NCBI GenBank assembly: GCA_963764725.1
Contig: CAVXTM010000012.1
Span: forward strand, 224,001 to 288,000
Direction: 5' to 3'
Source: an uncultured Gammaproteobacteria bacterium
Lineage (GTDB): Bacteria > Pseudomonadota > Gammaproteobacteria > JACCXJ01
DNA length: 64,000 nucleotides
Of the stretch, positions 1-9,638 are shown piece after piece. Each line of letters begins with the position of its first letter. Positions within the stretch are counted from its first letter, which is position 1. The position numbers and the translations under genes are program-made. Below the pieces are notes generated by a model that had not been told where the DNA came from, ran no database searches, and worked only from the letters and a program-made list of their open reading frames with translations.

Positions 1-207
1 GAAATGATCCTCTATCGCGCGTTTATTGCGGCCGGTAATGAATACGAGCTCCGTCACGCCCGCCGCTACCGCTTCTTCGACGGCATATTGAATGAGCGGT
101 TTGTCCACGATGGGCAGCATCTCTTTCGGGTTGGCTTTCGTCGCCGGGAGGAAACGTGTCCCTAGACCGGCCACGGGGAAGACTGCTTTTTTCACCAGTC
201 TACTCAT
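1..207 (-). CDS. galU: UTP--glucose-1-phosphate uridylyltransferase, N-terminal part (runs off window)
   Basis: Manual translation [46 protein letters not shown] carries the GalU signature; GGAGG RBS upstream. Confidence 0.93.
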   Translation of the reverse strand, partial: MSRLVKKAVFPVAGLGTRFLPATKANPKEMLPIVDKPLIQYAVEEAVAAGVTELVFITGRNKRAIEDHF

Positions 208-251
208 GGTGTTGCCTCCATAATTTTATAAGAATAGCGCAGCACTGACCG

Positions 252-1736
252 CTACACGCGATGGTATGCGTCCGCGAAGCGCACGATATCGTCTTCTCCC
301 AGGTACGCGCCCGATTGCACCTCAATGATCTCGAGCGGGATCGTCCCAGGGTTTTCCAGTCTGTGTTGGACGCCGAGGGGAATATAGGTCGATTGATTCT
401 CCGTCAGCAGGAATTCCTCCTCCCCGCGCGTCACGCGCGCCGTGCCTTTGACGACGATCCAGTGCTCCGCCCGGTGATGGTGCATCTGCAGCGACAGCTT
501 CGCGCCAGGCTGAACGACGATGCGCTTGACCTGAAACCGCTCTCCCTGGTCAATGCTCTCATAGCTTCCCCAAGGACGGTAGACGCGGCGGTGATTCACG
601 CGCTCTTCCCGGGCGTGTTCCTGCATCCACGCGATCACCTGCTTCACCCCCTGGGCCTTGTCTTTGGGGAGCACGAGCACGGCATCCGCGGTCTCCACGA
701 CGACCAGATCATCACACCCGAGCACGGCGAGGAGACGCGATTCCGACAGCAACAAGTTGTTCCGCGCATCGAGCGCGCAGACATCGCCAAAAACAGCATT
801 ACCGTCGCTATCACGCTCGGCAATGTCCCACAGACTCGACCAGGCCCCGACATCCGACCACCCTGCATCGAGTGGCACCATTGCGGTACGGAAAAAAAAG
901 TCGCTGGAAACCTTCTCCATCACCGCGTAATCGATCGAATCGCTGGGGCAGGCTTCGAACTCTTGGCGTTGCATACGGTAAAACCCGCCGTCGAGTTGCG
1001 CCTCGCCACAGGCGCGCTCGCACGCGGCCAAAATATCCGGCCGGTAATGCCCGATGGCTTGAAGCCACTGCGACGTCTTCATCATGAAGATCCCGCTGTT
1101 CCAGAGATAATTCCCGGCGCTGACGTAAAATTGCGCGCGCTCCGCGTCGGGCTTTTCGGCAAAGGCCTTTACATGAAAGGCTTTGTGCGGAGCGATTGCA
1201 TCGCGACCCCTATCGATCTCCGCACCGCGTTCGATATATCCGTACCCGGCTTCGGGTTTGGTGGGCGCTACCCCGAAGGTAACTAAATAGTCATCCTGGG
1301 CCAAGCTGATGCCTCTGAGTACAGCCCGGCAAAACGCCGCGGGGTTTTGAATGACGTGATCGGCCGGCATCATAAGGACGACACACTCGGGGCTGCGCGC
1401 TTGGCACACCAGTGCGGCGCAGGTGAGCGCGGGCGCCGTGTTGCGGCCCACCGGCTCAAGCATGATGCTGCTTGGCTCTACCTCCACCTGACGGGCCTGT
1501 TCGGTCACGAGAAACCGGTGGTCCTCGTTACATACGACGATCGGCGGCGGCAATGTCAGAGAATAGGAGGCGCTGTCCGGCATCGAAGCCAGACCATCCA
1601 GCCGCCGCAGTGTCTGCTGCAATAAAGTCGCCGCCCTCCCGAGCTTCAAAAACTGCTTCGGGTACTGCTCGCGGGACAGCGGCCAAAGGCGCGTCCCGCC
1701 GCCCCCAGCAAGTATGATCGGAAATAGCGTGGTCAT
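252..1736 (-). CDS. manC: Mannose-1-phosphate guanylyltransferase/mannose-6-phosphate isomerase
   Basis: ILAGGGGTRLWPLSR..PKQF, EKP, WNSG and WSDVG motifs, plus a C-terminal cupin (RPWG, LSLQMHHHRAEHW). Confidence 0.95.
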   Translation of the reverse strand: MTTLFPIILAGGGGTRLWPLSREQYPKQFLKLGRAATLLQQTLRRLDGLASMPDSASYSLTLPPPIVVCNEDHRFLVTEQARQVEVEPSSIMLEPVGRNTAPALTCAALVCQARSPECVVLMMPADHVIQNPAAFCRAVLRGISLAQDDYLVTFGVAPTKPEAGYGYIERGAEIDRGRDAIAPHKAFHVKAFAEKPDAERAQFYVSAGNYLWNSGIFMMKTSQWLQAIGHYRPDILAACERACGEAQLDGGFYRMQRQEFEACPSDSIDYAVMEKVSSDFFFRTAMVPLDAGWSDVGAWSSLWDIAERDSDGNAVFGDVCALDARNNLLLSESRLLAVLGCDDLVVVETADAVLVLPKDKAQGVKQVIAWMQEHAREERVNHRRVYRPWGSYESIDQGERFQVKRIVVQPGAKLSLQMHHHRAEHWIVVKGTARVTRGEEEFLLTENQSTYIPLGVQHRLENPGTIPLEIIEVQSGAYLGEDDIVRFADAYHRV

Positions 1737-1861
1737 GAGATTTTATGCACAGCAATCGGTATGCCGGTGAACCCCTCTTCCCGTACGTTAATCTCGATCG
1801 GGCGCGAAAATATAAATATATTAACCCGCGCGCGCCCTCGGATGCGCCTGCGCTGGCGCCG

Positions 1862-2479
1862 TCAAAGCGCGTAAACGACGCGGCTTCCGGGCGGATACCG
1901 TTCCTCCATGATGGCGCCAATATCCGCGTAGTGCGAGCGATCGACCCACCACGTCGTGTACGACGCATCCCTCAGAAGCCCAGGCAATGCCGCGTCCACG
2001 ATTCCCTCGCGCACCAACTCCGACACCTCCCTATCTCCTGGCAGCGCCGGTACCGATTTAACCAACAGCAGATGCCGAGCGGCGAGCGTATGGGCCAACC
2101 AAGCGGCAAGACTATCGGAGGTCACGCCCCAGCAGTGCGGAATTCCATCTTGCCCCCGCATCATATCCCGCGGCAGCCACACTGCGACGCGCCCCGAGGC
2201 GAGCGCATTCGTGATTTGCGCCCGATCTCGCACTGGCGCAAGACGGGGTTCGATCCCGGTCATCATCAGACCGAACTGTTCCATCGCAAGCACCGCCATT
2301 GCGTGCCCGGCCTCATCCGAAAACTTCCACTCGGATTGGGCATGGCGCACCTGGTCGGCAAACGGCCCGCCACCCGGCACGATGATCGCCCTCCCCCCGG
2401 CCTCTTCGACTAGCGCGCTGAGCCACCGCGGTAGCTCGCTCGCCCATGCTAGGCTGCCGCCTAACTTAACCACCCACAT
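1862..2479 (-). CDS. Amino-acid-kinase-family protein of the H4MPT/MFR cluster (Orf21/MfnE-like)
   Basis: VVKLGGS, VPGGGPFADQVR and W.VTSDSLAAWLA motifs; C1 cluster context. Confidence 0.8.
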   Translation of the reverse strand: MWVVKLGGSLAWASELPRWLSALVEEAGGRAIIVPGGGPFADQVRHAQSEWKFSDEAGHAMAVLAMEQFGLMMTGIEPRLAPVRDRAQITNALASGRVAVWLPRDMMRGQDGIPHCWGVTSDSLAAWLAHTLAARHLLLVKSVPALPGDREVSELVREGIVDAALPGLLRDASYTTWWVDRSHYADIGAIMEERYPPGSRVVYAL

Positions 2480-3848
2480 GGGTTGCGGGCGCGGCGCTCA
2501 GCAGCTTGAGCATGGCCTCGGCTTTGTCCAAGGATTCCTGGTATTCGGCGCTCGCCTCGGAATCGTTGACGATGCCCCCGCCTGCCCAGCCGTAGATCCA
2601 GTCATCTTTGATCGCCAGTGTTCTGATGGCGATGTTGGTGTCCATGCGGCCGTCAAAGCCGATGTACCCGACGGCGCCGCAGTAAACGTTGCGGCGATGC
2701 GGCTCCAGCTCCTCGATGATCTCCATCGCGCGTAGTTTGGGCGCTCCGGTGATCGATCCGCCTGGAAAGCAGCCGGCGAGTAAATCGAGCGCATGCCGTC
2801 CGGTCTCTAAGCGCCCGGTCACGGTGCTGACGAGATGGTGCACGGTGGCGAAGCTTTCCACCTCGAACAACGCCGGCGCCTTGACAGATCCTAGCACCGA
2901 GTTCTTGCCCAAATCGTTACGCAACAGATCGACGATCATTAGATTCTCGGCGCGATCCTTCGCGCTCATGCGGAGCTCCTCCGCCAGCGCTTGGTCGCGA
3001 AGCTTGCTCGCCGACCGCGGGCGCGTGCCCTTGACGGGCCGCGTCTCGATTACGCCGTCGCGCACGTGCAGAAACCGCTCGGGCGACGAGCTTAGCACCA
3101 CCAGATCGGGCAGGCGCAGGTAGGCCGAAAACGGCGCGGGATTGAGGTACTGGAGCGCACGATAGGCAAGCCAGGGATCGCCCTCTACGCAGGCGGAAAA
3201 GCGCTGAGAAAAATTGACTTGATAACAATCCCCGTCGCGGAGGTAGCGCTTGATACGCTGAAAGCCGCGGCCGTACTCGTGCCGGGTCATATTGAAGTGC
3301 ACCGACGAGACAACCCTAAACGACCGTCTGACGGTATCGCTCGCCGAGCGCCCCAATGCCGCTCGAATCTCGAGCAACACAGCGCGGGAACCGTGATCCG
3401 AGGCGACCAAAAAGCTTCGCCGCTCGACATGATCGACCACCACCGCCCAGTCATAGATACCGACGGCCATATCGGCCACATCCAAATCGGATGTCGCCAT
3501 GACCGGCAGGCGTTCTAGCCGGCGCGCCAGGTCATAGCCGAAATAGCCCATGGCCCCGCCGGCGAACGGGAGACCCATCGGCGCAGGATGCGGATCTCCC
3601 AGCGATCGCTTGACCAACTCGAAGGGACACTCTTCTGAGATCGCCAGCGCGCGCGGAGTCTTGATTTCAGTCTGAAGACCCCGAGTCGTCAGGGTCACCG
3701 AGGGTTCAGCCGAAAAAATATCGTACCGGGCGCGCTCACCGCCGTAAGCGCCGCTATCGAGAAAGATCGACCACGGCCGGTCGGCGAAGGCAGCAAACAC
3801 CGCCCCGGTATCCTGCGTATAATTAAGCTCCTCTATGCTCGCACCCAT
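2466..3848 (-). CDS. pabB: Aminodeoxychorismate synthase component I
   Basis: SSSPERF, PVKGTRPR, KDRAENLMIVDLLRNDLG, FPGGSITGAPK and NIAIRT; start placed at ATG 3848. Confidence 0.9.
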   Translation of the reverse strand: MGASIEELNYTQDTGAVFAAFADRPWSIFLDSGAYGGERARYDIFSAEPSVTLTTRGLQTEIKTPRALAISEECPFELVKRSLGDPHPAPMGLPFAGGAMGYFGYDLARRLERLPVMATSDLDVADMAVGIYDWAVVVDHVERRSFLVASDHGSRAVLLEIRAALGRSASDTVRRSFRVVSSVHFNMTRHEYGRGFQRIKRYLRDGDCYQVNFSQRFSACVEGDPWLAYRALQYLNPAPFSAYLRLPDLVVLSSSPERFLHVRDGVIETRPVKGTRPRSASKLRDQALAEELRMSAKDRAENLMIVDLLRNDLGKNSVLGSVKAPALFEVESFATVHHLVSTVTGRLETGRHALDLLAGCFPGGSITGAPKLRAMEIIEELEPHRRNVYCGAVGYIGFDGRMDTNIAIRTLAIKDDWIYGWAGGGIVNDSEASAEYQESLDKAEAMLKLLSAAPATHVGG

Positions 3849-4894
3849 GGGTGATCCTGGATGAGATACGCGACGGCAACGGCCGGTGCGCATAGGGCCG
3901 CTCCCTCTGCGTAGGCGCCGGCCTCGGGCAGCAAGTCGGAGAAATCGATGTATGGATGGTTCAATTGGCGCGCGAGATCACGGACAATAAATCGACCGAC
4001 CCCGGCGCCGACCAAGGGCAGGGCCTGCGCCGCGGGCCGTCTGGAAAACATGCGCTCCAGGGCCTGCTGGATCCGATCCCGCTGCACCCCGGCAATATAA
4101 CGTGCCAGCCCACGCCATTTGTCCGGTTCACCTGCATCGGCATCGCGCCCTAGCATCCGCGCCAGGCGCCGCGCACACGCCTCGATGTCGCTACCCCCGC
4201 CGTCGGCGGTCTCACGCGGTACTAGAACCCCCAGTGCGGCTGCGTGCAGATCTCCGGTAAGCGTGTAGACATCGGCCATGGTCGCGAAACGCTCCGCGGT
4301 GACGGACTGCCATTCGCCCCGGAACGGCGCCCGCGACACCACAGCAAAAACCGGAGTTCGAATGACCCCGGTGTACACAAGCTCCTCGCTGCCGAGCCTT
4401 TCAGCATCTGTGTAACCGCGAAAACAAACGTTGCCCCGGCTGAACTCGACGATATCGGTGGTCGTGCTGCCGATATCCACCAAGATCCCACAATCACAAT
4501 GCCTTGCCGCGAGGTGCCCGCTTGCATGCCAATTGGCCGATGCGATCTCGTAACAATAGCGCGCAGAGTCCGCCGCGGCGACGAAACCGGCCTTCCCCGC
4601 GTACACGCTCAATGGGACATCGCCGAGGACCGCCATCGACCTTTCCAACAAGCACCGCACACCCTCGCAGCGATCAGGGAAGATGTCTGCGAGCTCGCCG
4701 GTCATGGTCACCGCATGTGCGTCCCCGTGGATCTCGTTGACCACCGACGCTAGCGCCTGATCGAACACATCCAAGCCCTGCCATAGGGGGCATGGAATTT
4801 GTCTGACCCCGAGGAGGCGTCCACTGTTTCCCACCTTAGCCACCTTGAGGTGAGCTCCGCCAAAGTCCCACCCCATGTACGCGTTTACTGCCAT
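3833..4894 (-). CDS. H4MPT-linked C1 pathway protein, hydantoinase/ASKHA family (Orf9/MfnF-like)
   Basis: GWDFGGAHLK, AVTMTGELAD, ASANW, DIGSTTTD and ELVYTG; ATG 4894 chosen because the longer ORF start lies inside a repeat. Confidence 0.85.
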   Translation of the reverse strand: MAVNAYMGWDFGGAHLKVAKVGNSGRLLGVRQIPCPLWQGLDVFDQALASVVNEIHGDAHAVTMTGELADIFPDRCEGVRCLLERSMAVLGDVPLSVYAGKAGFVAAADSARYCYEIASANWHASGHLAARHCDCGILVDIGSTTTDIVEFSRGNVCFRGYTDAERLGSEELVYTGVIRTPVFAVVSRAPFRGEWQSVTAERFATMADVYTLTGDLHAAALGVLVPRETADGGGSDIEACARRLARMLGRDADAGEPDKWRGLARYIAGVQRDRIQQALERMFSRRPAAQALPLVGAGVGRFIVRDLARQLNHPYIDFSDLLPEAGAYAEGAALCAPAVAVAYLIQDHPWVRA

Positions 4895-4909
4895 CGTGTC
4901 CTGCACGTG

Positions 4910-5029
4910 ATTCTGAATACCCCGCCGTTTACGGCGCGACACTTTAGCATTGGGGTTTCCAAAGGGAAGTAGTGCAACTCTCCTCTTTGATCAAGGGCGG
5001 GCTTCATACTCCGCCCGCGAAGTAAAATT
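4910..5029. repeat. Three-hairpin dispersed element, copy 1
   Basis: attctgaataccccgccgtttacggcg...ggggtttccaaaggg...gggcgggcttcatactccgcccgcgaagtaaaatt, nearly identical to 9494-9611. Confidence 0.9.
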
Positions 5030-5997
5030 TATATTGCGCCACGGGACGAATACGCGCTTACAGCACCGGGGATCCGCATACAGGCATCCACTACCGGTGC
5101 GGCGGGATTAAACCCCAGAGACTGCCGCAAACCCACGTACGCCTCTGTAAGGCGCGGATTGATCTCCATCACCATGGGACCCGACTCCGTGATCACTAGA
5201 TCGATCCCTATATAGCCCCGCAGCCCCGGCATCGCTTCCAGAATTCGGCTTACTAATTCCTCGAACTCATGCCGGCGATGCGCTAGCGCATTCACCGCCA
5301 CGCCAGAATATACGAGCCGGTGGTCGGTTATCTGTATTCGCTGCGCGTTGCATGCGAGTAAGCTATGCGATCCATCATAGCACAGCACGCTCAGACTGGC
5401 CGGGATCCCGGGTATATACGGCTGAACAACTAAGCCATGGGCCCACTTTCCGGAACTGATGACGTCCTCCGCGCGCCGGAAATAATAGGTTTCTTCACAC
5501 CCAGCGCCATCGTCCGGTTTGATTACCCAACCGCCATCGCTTGAGGGTAATTCCGTGTTCAGGTACATGGTGTCCGCCACCGGGACATGATGCCTCTTAA
5601 GCGCGCGCGCCGTGCGAAACTTGCTAGCCGTAACCTGGACCGCTCGGGGATGGCACCCGATCAAGATCCGGTTTTTATCGAGCACGCAGCGGTTCAAACG
5701 TTCTAAAACACCCCCCGTCTCGGGTGCGATCGGCCATACGGCATCGGCAGCCTCGATACATTGCTCCCAGCGCTCCCAAACCGATCGCTGAGGCAAAATG
5801 ACCCGCGTCTCGATGCCGGGATCCAAAGATGCGAGACGTGCGTCACGTGTGGTCGCTGTCTTGACCGTGGGGATCGCGCGGAGATCGTCGAGGAGTGCCC
5901 GTAACATTGCATCGCCCGCCGCGGCGAGCGCGACCGGAAGCGCCTCGCCCGCGAGCCCGCCGCCGGTAATATACTCGCACACGAAGATGCGCGGCAT
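5029..5997 (-). CDS. ATP-grasp protein (Orf1/MfnD-like tyramine--glutamate ligase family)
   Basis: EYITGGG, IAPETGG, KPDDGAG, GYIGID and EINPRLT motifs. Confidence 0.8.
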   Translation of the reverse strand: MPRIFVCEYITGGGLAGEALPVALAAAGDAMLRALLDDLRAIPTVKTATTRDARLASLDPGIETRVILPQRSVWERWEQCIEAADAVWPIAPETGGVLERLNRCVLDKNRILIGCHPRAVQVTASKFRTARALKRHHVPVADTMYLNTELPSSDGGWVIKPDDGAGCEETYYFRRAEDVISSGKWAHGLVVQPYIPGIPASLSVLCYDGSHSLLACNAQRIQITDHRLVYSGVAVNALAHRRHEFEELVSRILEAMPGLRGYIGIDLVITESGPMVMEINPRLTEAYVGLRQSLGFNPAAPVVDACMRIPGAVSAYSSRGAI

Positions 5998-6078
5998 CTC
6001 GGAAAAAACATGCCCCGGTATTGACTACCGGGGCATGTCACACAATCAACGTCGTGTCGGGGAGACCACGACTACCCG

Positions 6079-6588
6079 TTACACGTGGTCAGCAAAGGGA
6101 TGTGCCGTATTCTTCTTGGCGACGACGTCCATCGCCTTCGGCAAACGCTTGACCGCACGTTCGATGGATTCCTTGGTCGCCTGGTAGTTGAAATCCTGGA
6201 TTTTCTTGTTGTCCTCGGCTTCCCAGTGAATGAACACGCCCACGCAGATAAAAATATCCTCCGCCTCGCTGGCGGGGATAATGCCGCTTTGGACCGAATC
6301 AACGACGGCCATGGCGACCGCGCGTTGCGCCGGACCGAACATCTGCACGGCCTGCTTAGCGCCCTTGATGGTGACCTTGTTAAAAAGGATGGTGTTGGGT
6401 TTACACGGCAAGTTTGGCGATACGACCGCCAGCAAGGTGCTGCACCCGTCCTTCTGGTTGGTCAAGGCATTGCAGAACGCGGCCTCGGCGGCGCTTCCCC
6501 GCGGTCCCATGATAAGATCGACGTGCGCGATCTCGTTGCCATCCCCGACTAAGGATTCCCCGACTAATACTCTGTCAACGACTGCCAT
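6079..6588 (-). CDS. fae: Formaldehyde-activating enzyme
   Basis: [36 protein letters not shown] and VGVFIHW; 169 aa from ATG 6588. Confidence 0.95.
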   Translation of the reverse strand: MAVVDRVLVGESLVGDGNEIAHVDLIMGPRGSAAEAAFCNALTNQKDGCSTLLAVVSPNLPCKPNTILFNKVTIKGAKQAVQMFGPAQRAVAMAVVDSVQSGIIPASEAEDIFICVGVFIHWEAEDNKKIQDFNYQATKESIERAVKRLPKAMDVVAKKNTAHPFADHV

Positions 6589-6692
6589 AGTTTTAGCTCC
6601 TATTACTTCTCCAGTTGAAGTTTGTCCGACAAGTGTTCTGAAGATAGACATCGCTTGCCACCTTATTTATTACGGAAAAGGATCTCACCCCA

Positions 6693-7601
6693 TTACCGAG
6701 CTACTGCAGCCGCAACAGCCTGATCGCGATTGAGCCCCGCCAGGAGGTATTCTAAATGGAACGCCAGCAGGCTCGCCACGGTCAGATCGGCGCTGGTCCC
6801 GGGATTGAGCCCCTCCCGTTTTAAATTATTATCGAATTCCTGCAACAAAGGCATTGCATTGATTAAATTTTCGCACGCCTTGAACTGGGATTCCACTTCT
6901 TTTGCAATTCGACGCACTCCTTCGGCCCGTTCTGGTCCGTATTTGCGCTCGATATGGCTGTCCCGAAACGCCGCCAGAAAGTGTAAGTAACAGGCCACGG
7001 TCGCCCACCGCAGCGCCATCGCATCGTTGCACCCCGGCTTGATGTAGCGCTCGATACAGGGCACGCCGATGTTAAAAATCTCAATAAAATCGTTAGCGTA
7101 TTGGAAGGCGATCCTATCCCAGGCCTGAGCTTCGGCCATCGCTGCGCGCAAGCTAACAGTGGGATCGCTGCGCACATCGAAATGCTCACGCCGGCCAAGC
7201 CCCGCGGGCGCGGCCAGCGCGATTGCAGCAAAGACCCGACTTGTGTCACCGTGTGTCAGCGAGCGCAGTACTGCTTTGAGCCGCGGCCGCAGCCGCCCTT
7301 GCGGCGATTCCATGAGGACAGAATGCACCAGCGGCGCGCATAGCAGCACTATGCCGAGATTGGTGTTACATCCGACGGCCCGCTGCGTTGCTTCAATGCT
7401 ACGCAGGATGCGTTCGCCAACGCTAAAATCCTGCGCGCAGAGCAGCGGCGCCGCCGCTTCGGCGCTACGAATAAAATCGGCGGCGCTCATTCCGTGCCCG
7501 GGCGCCTGCACGCTGACGTTTCCCGGCTTCAACGCCTCGAGATCCAGCCGGCAGCTCCAGAGCCAAGCCTCGGCGACCGCGGGCGCGGCGATCCGGATCA
7601 T
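6693..7601 (-). CDS. CitG-like triphosphoribosyl-dephospho-CoA synthase family protein (Orf7)
   Basis: KPGNV, NTNLGIVLL, DSHIERKYG and NPGTSAD; has its own ATG at 7601 within an ATGA overlap. Confidence 0.85.
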   Translation of the reverse strand: MIRIAAPAVAEAWLWSCRLDLEALKPGNVSVQAPGHGMSAADFIRSAEAAAPLLCAQDFSVGERILRSIEATQRAVGCNTNLGIVLLCAPLVHSVLMESPQGRLRPRLKAVLRSLTHGDTSRVFAAIALAAPAGLGRREHFDVRSDPTVSLRAAMAEAQAWDRIAFQYANDFIEIFNIGVPCIERYIKPGCNDAMALRWATVACYLHFLAAFRDSHIERKYGPERAEGVRRIAKEVESQFKACENLINAMPLLQEFDNNLKREGLNPGTSADLTVASLLAFHLEYLLAGLNRDQAVAAAVAR

Positions 7602-8513
7602 GATGAACGCACCCCATGGCGGGGCCGGACCGCGTCCATGCAGCGCCAGAAAATGGTCCACGAGCCGCTCGGCGATATCGAAGCTCGTGACGCCTTGCAG
7701 GCCCTGCCAGGCCGGAACGCTATTGACCTCGGTGACCAAGAAACGCCCGTCTCGGTCCTGCATCAAATCGACGCCGGCGTAATCGATGACCACCGCCCGC
7801 GCAGCCTCCTCGGCCAGCATGGCCAGCGGCGCATCGAGAGGGACGGCAAAGCAACGGCCCCCGCGCGCCCGATTGGTGATCCAGTGCGCGCTGCGGCGCT
7901 GCATCACCGCCACGGCGTGGCCATCGATCACCAACACCCGCCAATCGCGCCACGCGCCGTCGCGGCTGTCGATATATCGCTGGAGGTAATACACCTGGCC
8001 GAAGGCTTCCGGATCCGGTAAGGCCTCGGCGCGATCGACCAAGGTGACACCGACCCCTTGGGAGCCGAACAAGGGTTTCATCACCAGCGGCGTATTTCTC
8101 GCCAGCTCGCGTTCGACCAACGCGCGCGCTTCCGACTCGGCTTCGAGCACCCAGGTGTCCGGCGTCGGGATCCCGGCTCGGTTGAGCAAAAAACTGGTCA
8201 TCGCTTTGTCGACCGTACGCTCAATTGCGCGTCCATCGTTGTAAACCACGACTCCGAGCTCCCGCAAGGCATGGAGCAAATCAAGCCGCAGGATGACCTG
8301 TTCCAAGGTGCCTCCGGGGACACCGCGTATGAACACCCCCGCGGGCGGCTCACGTTCGAATCCGGGGATGACGACCGGCTTCGGACGGTTGAGATCGAAT
8401 CGGCATGCCGTCAAGGACACGGTGAGGCACTCGAAACCCCGCGCTTTGAGGGCGCGTTTCAATACCGCGCCGTGCCAACCGGGATCATCCGTGACAATAG
8501 CCACGCAGGGCAT
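7598..8513 (-). CDS. RimK-family ATP-grasp glutamate ligase (Orf5); reads through into Orf7 as assembled
   Basis: GGTLEQVILRLD, KPLFGSQG, YAGVDL and EVNSVPAW; the natural TGA at 7598-7600 is out of frame by +1. Confidence 0.85.
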
Positions 8514-8523
8514 AGGCTGGGAA

Positions 8524-9489
8524 CTAGGAAAATGACTGATCGAGCAAGGCTTCGTTGAATTTGCCGCCGTGGTAGGTCTTTCCGGTCCGGACCGAGCTTA
8601 TCGTGATCCGCGCCGGGCTGAACAGCCCCGGATCGATCGCGTAGAAATTATAATTGTAATCCTTAAATATCGCGGCAAAAGGTTTCCCGTAGTCACGCGA
8701 GGAACTGCTCGGCAGCTTGTGCGCCAGATCCTGCGCGTCGCCATCGCTACAGTCGACATAAAGCGTTACGTAACCTCCATACAGGATGGCATCGTTGGTG
8801 CGGCCCATCGCAGTGATTAGGTCTTTAGAGGGTGGACAGACCGGCGCCGTCGCCATGCCATCGACGATCGTGGACAGCGGGAAGCCAAGCGTGTGCACCC
8901 GATGCAACGACACCTCGAGGGAGCGCGCCACAACTTGCACCGCCCCGCATAGGCTCGTGGTCGGCGTGAGGATAAGGGTCAGGTCCTGAGGTTTGATGGC
9001 GCAGAAGTTCGCGACTTTCTCTGCGATTTCGACCGGAGGCCGTTCCTTGACCTCCAAGACCAAACAGGCCTGGTCGAAAGCGTCTCGATACCCGAGCTCT
9101 TGAAACAGGGGCTCGTGGCTGCCGATGGCCCGGGCCGGACCGGATCCCAACGCTTTAAAGGCACCCTTGCCCTCCCCGTATTCGAGGCTCCACCCCGCGT
9201 ATTGGCTCGCCAAGCAGGCCAGCACCGCGTTCGAGGTATACACATCAAGCTGCCACGGCGAATGCGGAAAGTCCCCCCCGGCGCGAATACTAACCCGCCC
9301 GAGGCCGCCCAGACAGATCTCGGCGATGCGCCGCCCGGCCTCGATCCCGCCCAAAACCGCGATTCCGGCGTCCACAACGACAGTCCCGTTCGTTAAGGAA
9401 TCCACCGCCAATCTCAGCGCCACGGCATCGGCGATCAGAGCTTGCACCAAAGGCTGCGCTAAAGCATTCACACTGGGTTGGTTATTCAT
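8524..9489 (-). CDS. mch: Methenyl-H4MPT cyclohydrolase
   Basis: EICLGGLG, ACLASQYAGW, GSGPARA, MGRTNDAILYGG and IDPGLFSPA; start trimmed to ATG 9489 because the upstream extension is repeat DNA. Confidence 0.95.
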   Translation of the reverse strand: MNNQPSVNALAQPLVQALIADAVALRLAVDSLTNGTVVVDAGIAVLGGIEAGRRIAEICLGGLGRVSIRAGGDFPHSPWQLDVYTSNAVLACLASQYAGWSLEYGEGKGAFKALGSGPARAIGSHEPLFQELGYRDAFDQACLVLEVKERPPVEIAEKVANFCAIKPQDLTLILTPTTSLCGAVQVVARSLEVSLHRVHTLGFPLSTIVDGMATAPVCPPSKDLITAMGRTNDAILYGGYVTLYVDCSDGDAQDLAHKLPSSSSRDYGKPFAAIFKDYNYNFYAIDPGLFSPARITISSVRTGKTYHGGKFNEALLDQSFS

Positions 9490-9493
9490 CTTT

Positions 9494-9611
9494 ATTCTGA
9501 ATACCCCGCCGTTTACGGCGGGCACTTTACCATTGGGGTTTCCAAAGGGGAGTAGTGCAACTCCCCCTTTGGTCAAGGGCGGGGATCATACTCCGCCCGC
9601 GAAGTAAAATT
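9494..9611. repeat. Three-hairpin dispersed element, copy 2
   Basis: Stems cccgccg/cggcggg, ccaaaggggagt/actccccctttgg and gggcgggg/ctccgccc. Confidence 0.9.
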
Positions 9612-9638
9612 GATTAATTTCACGCCATCGCCCGGTTT

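Noticed and set aside
261-1286. Long antisense or alternate-frame ORFs (also 14718-15767, 33639-34991, 44782-45612 and others)
   Set aside because: They shadow well-supported genes, lack motifs and are expected in GC-rich DNA
6693-8513. 606-aa RimK-CitG (Orf5-Orf7) fusion in the ORF track
   Set aside because: An ATGA start/stop overlap sits exactly at the domain boundary (7598-7601) and the upstream gene is 3n+1 long, so one extra base explains the read-through
9490-9576. N-terminal extensions of mch and of the Orf9-like gene (4895-4942)
   Set aside because: They translate repeat-element DNA; family homology starts at the downstream ATG
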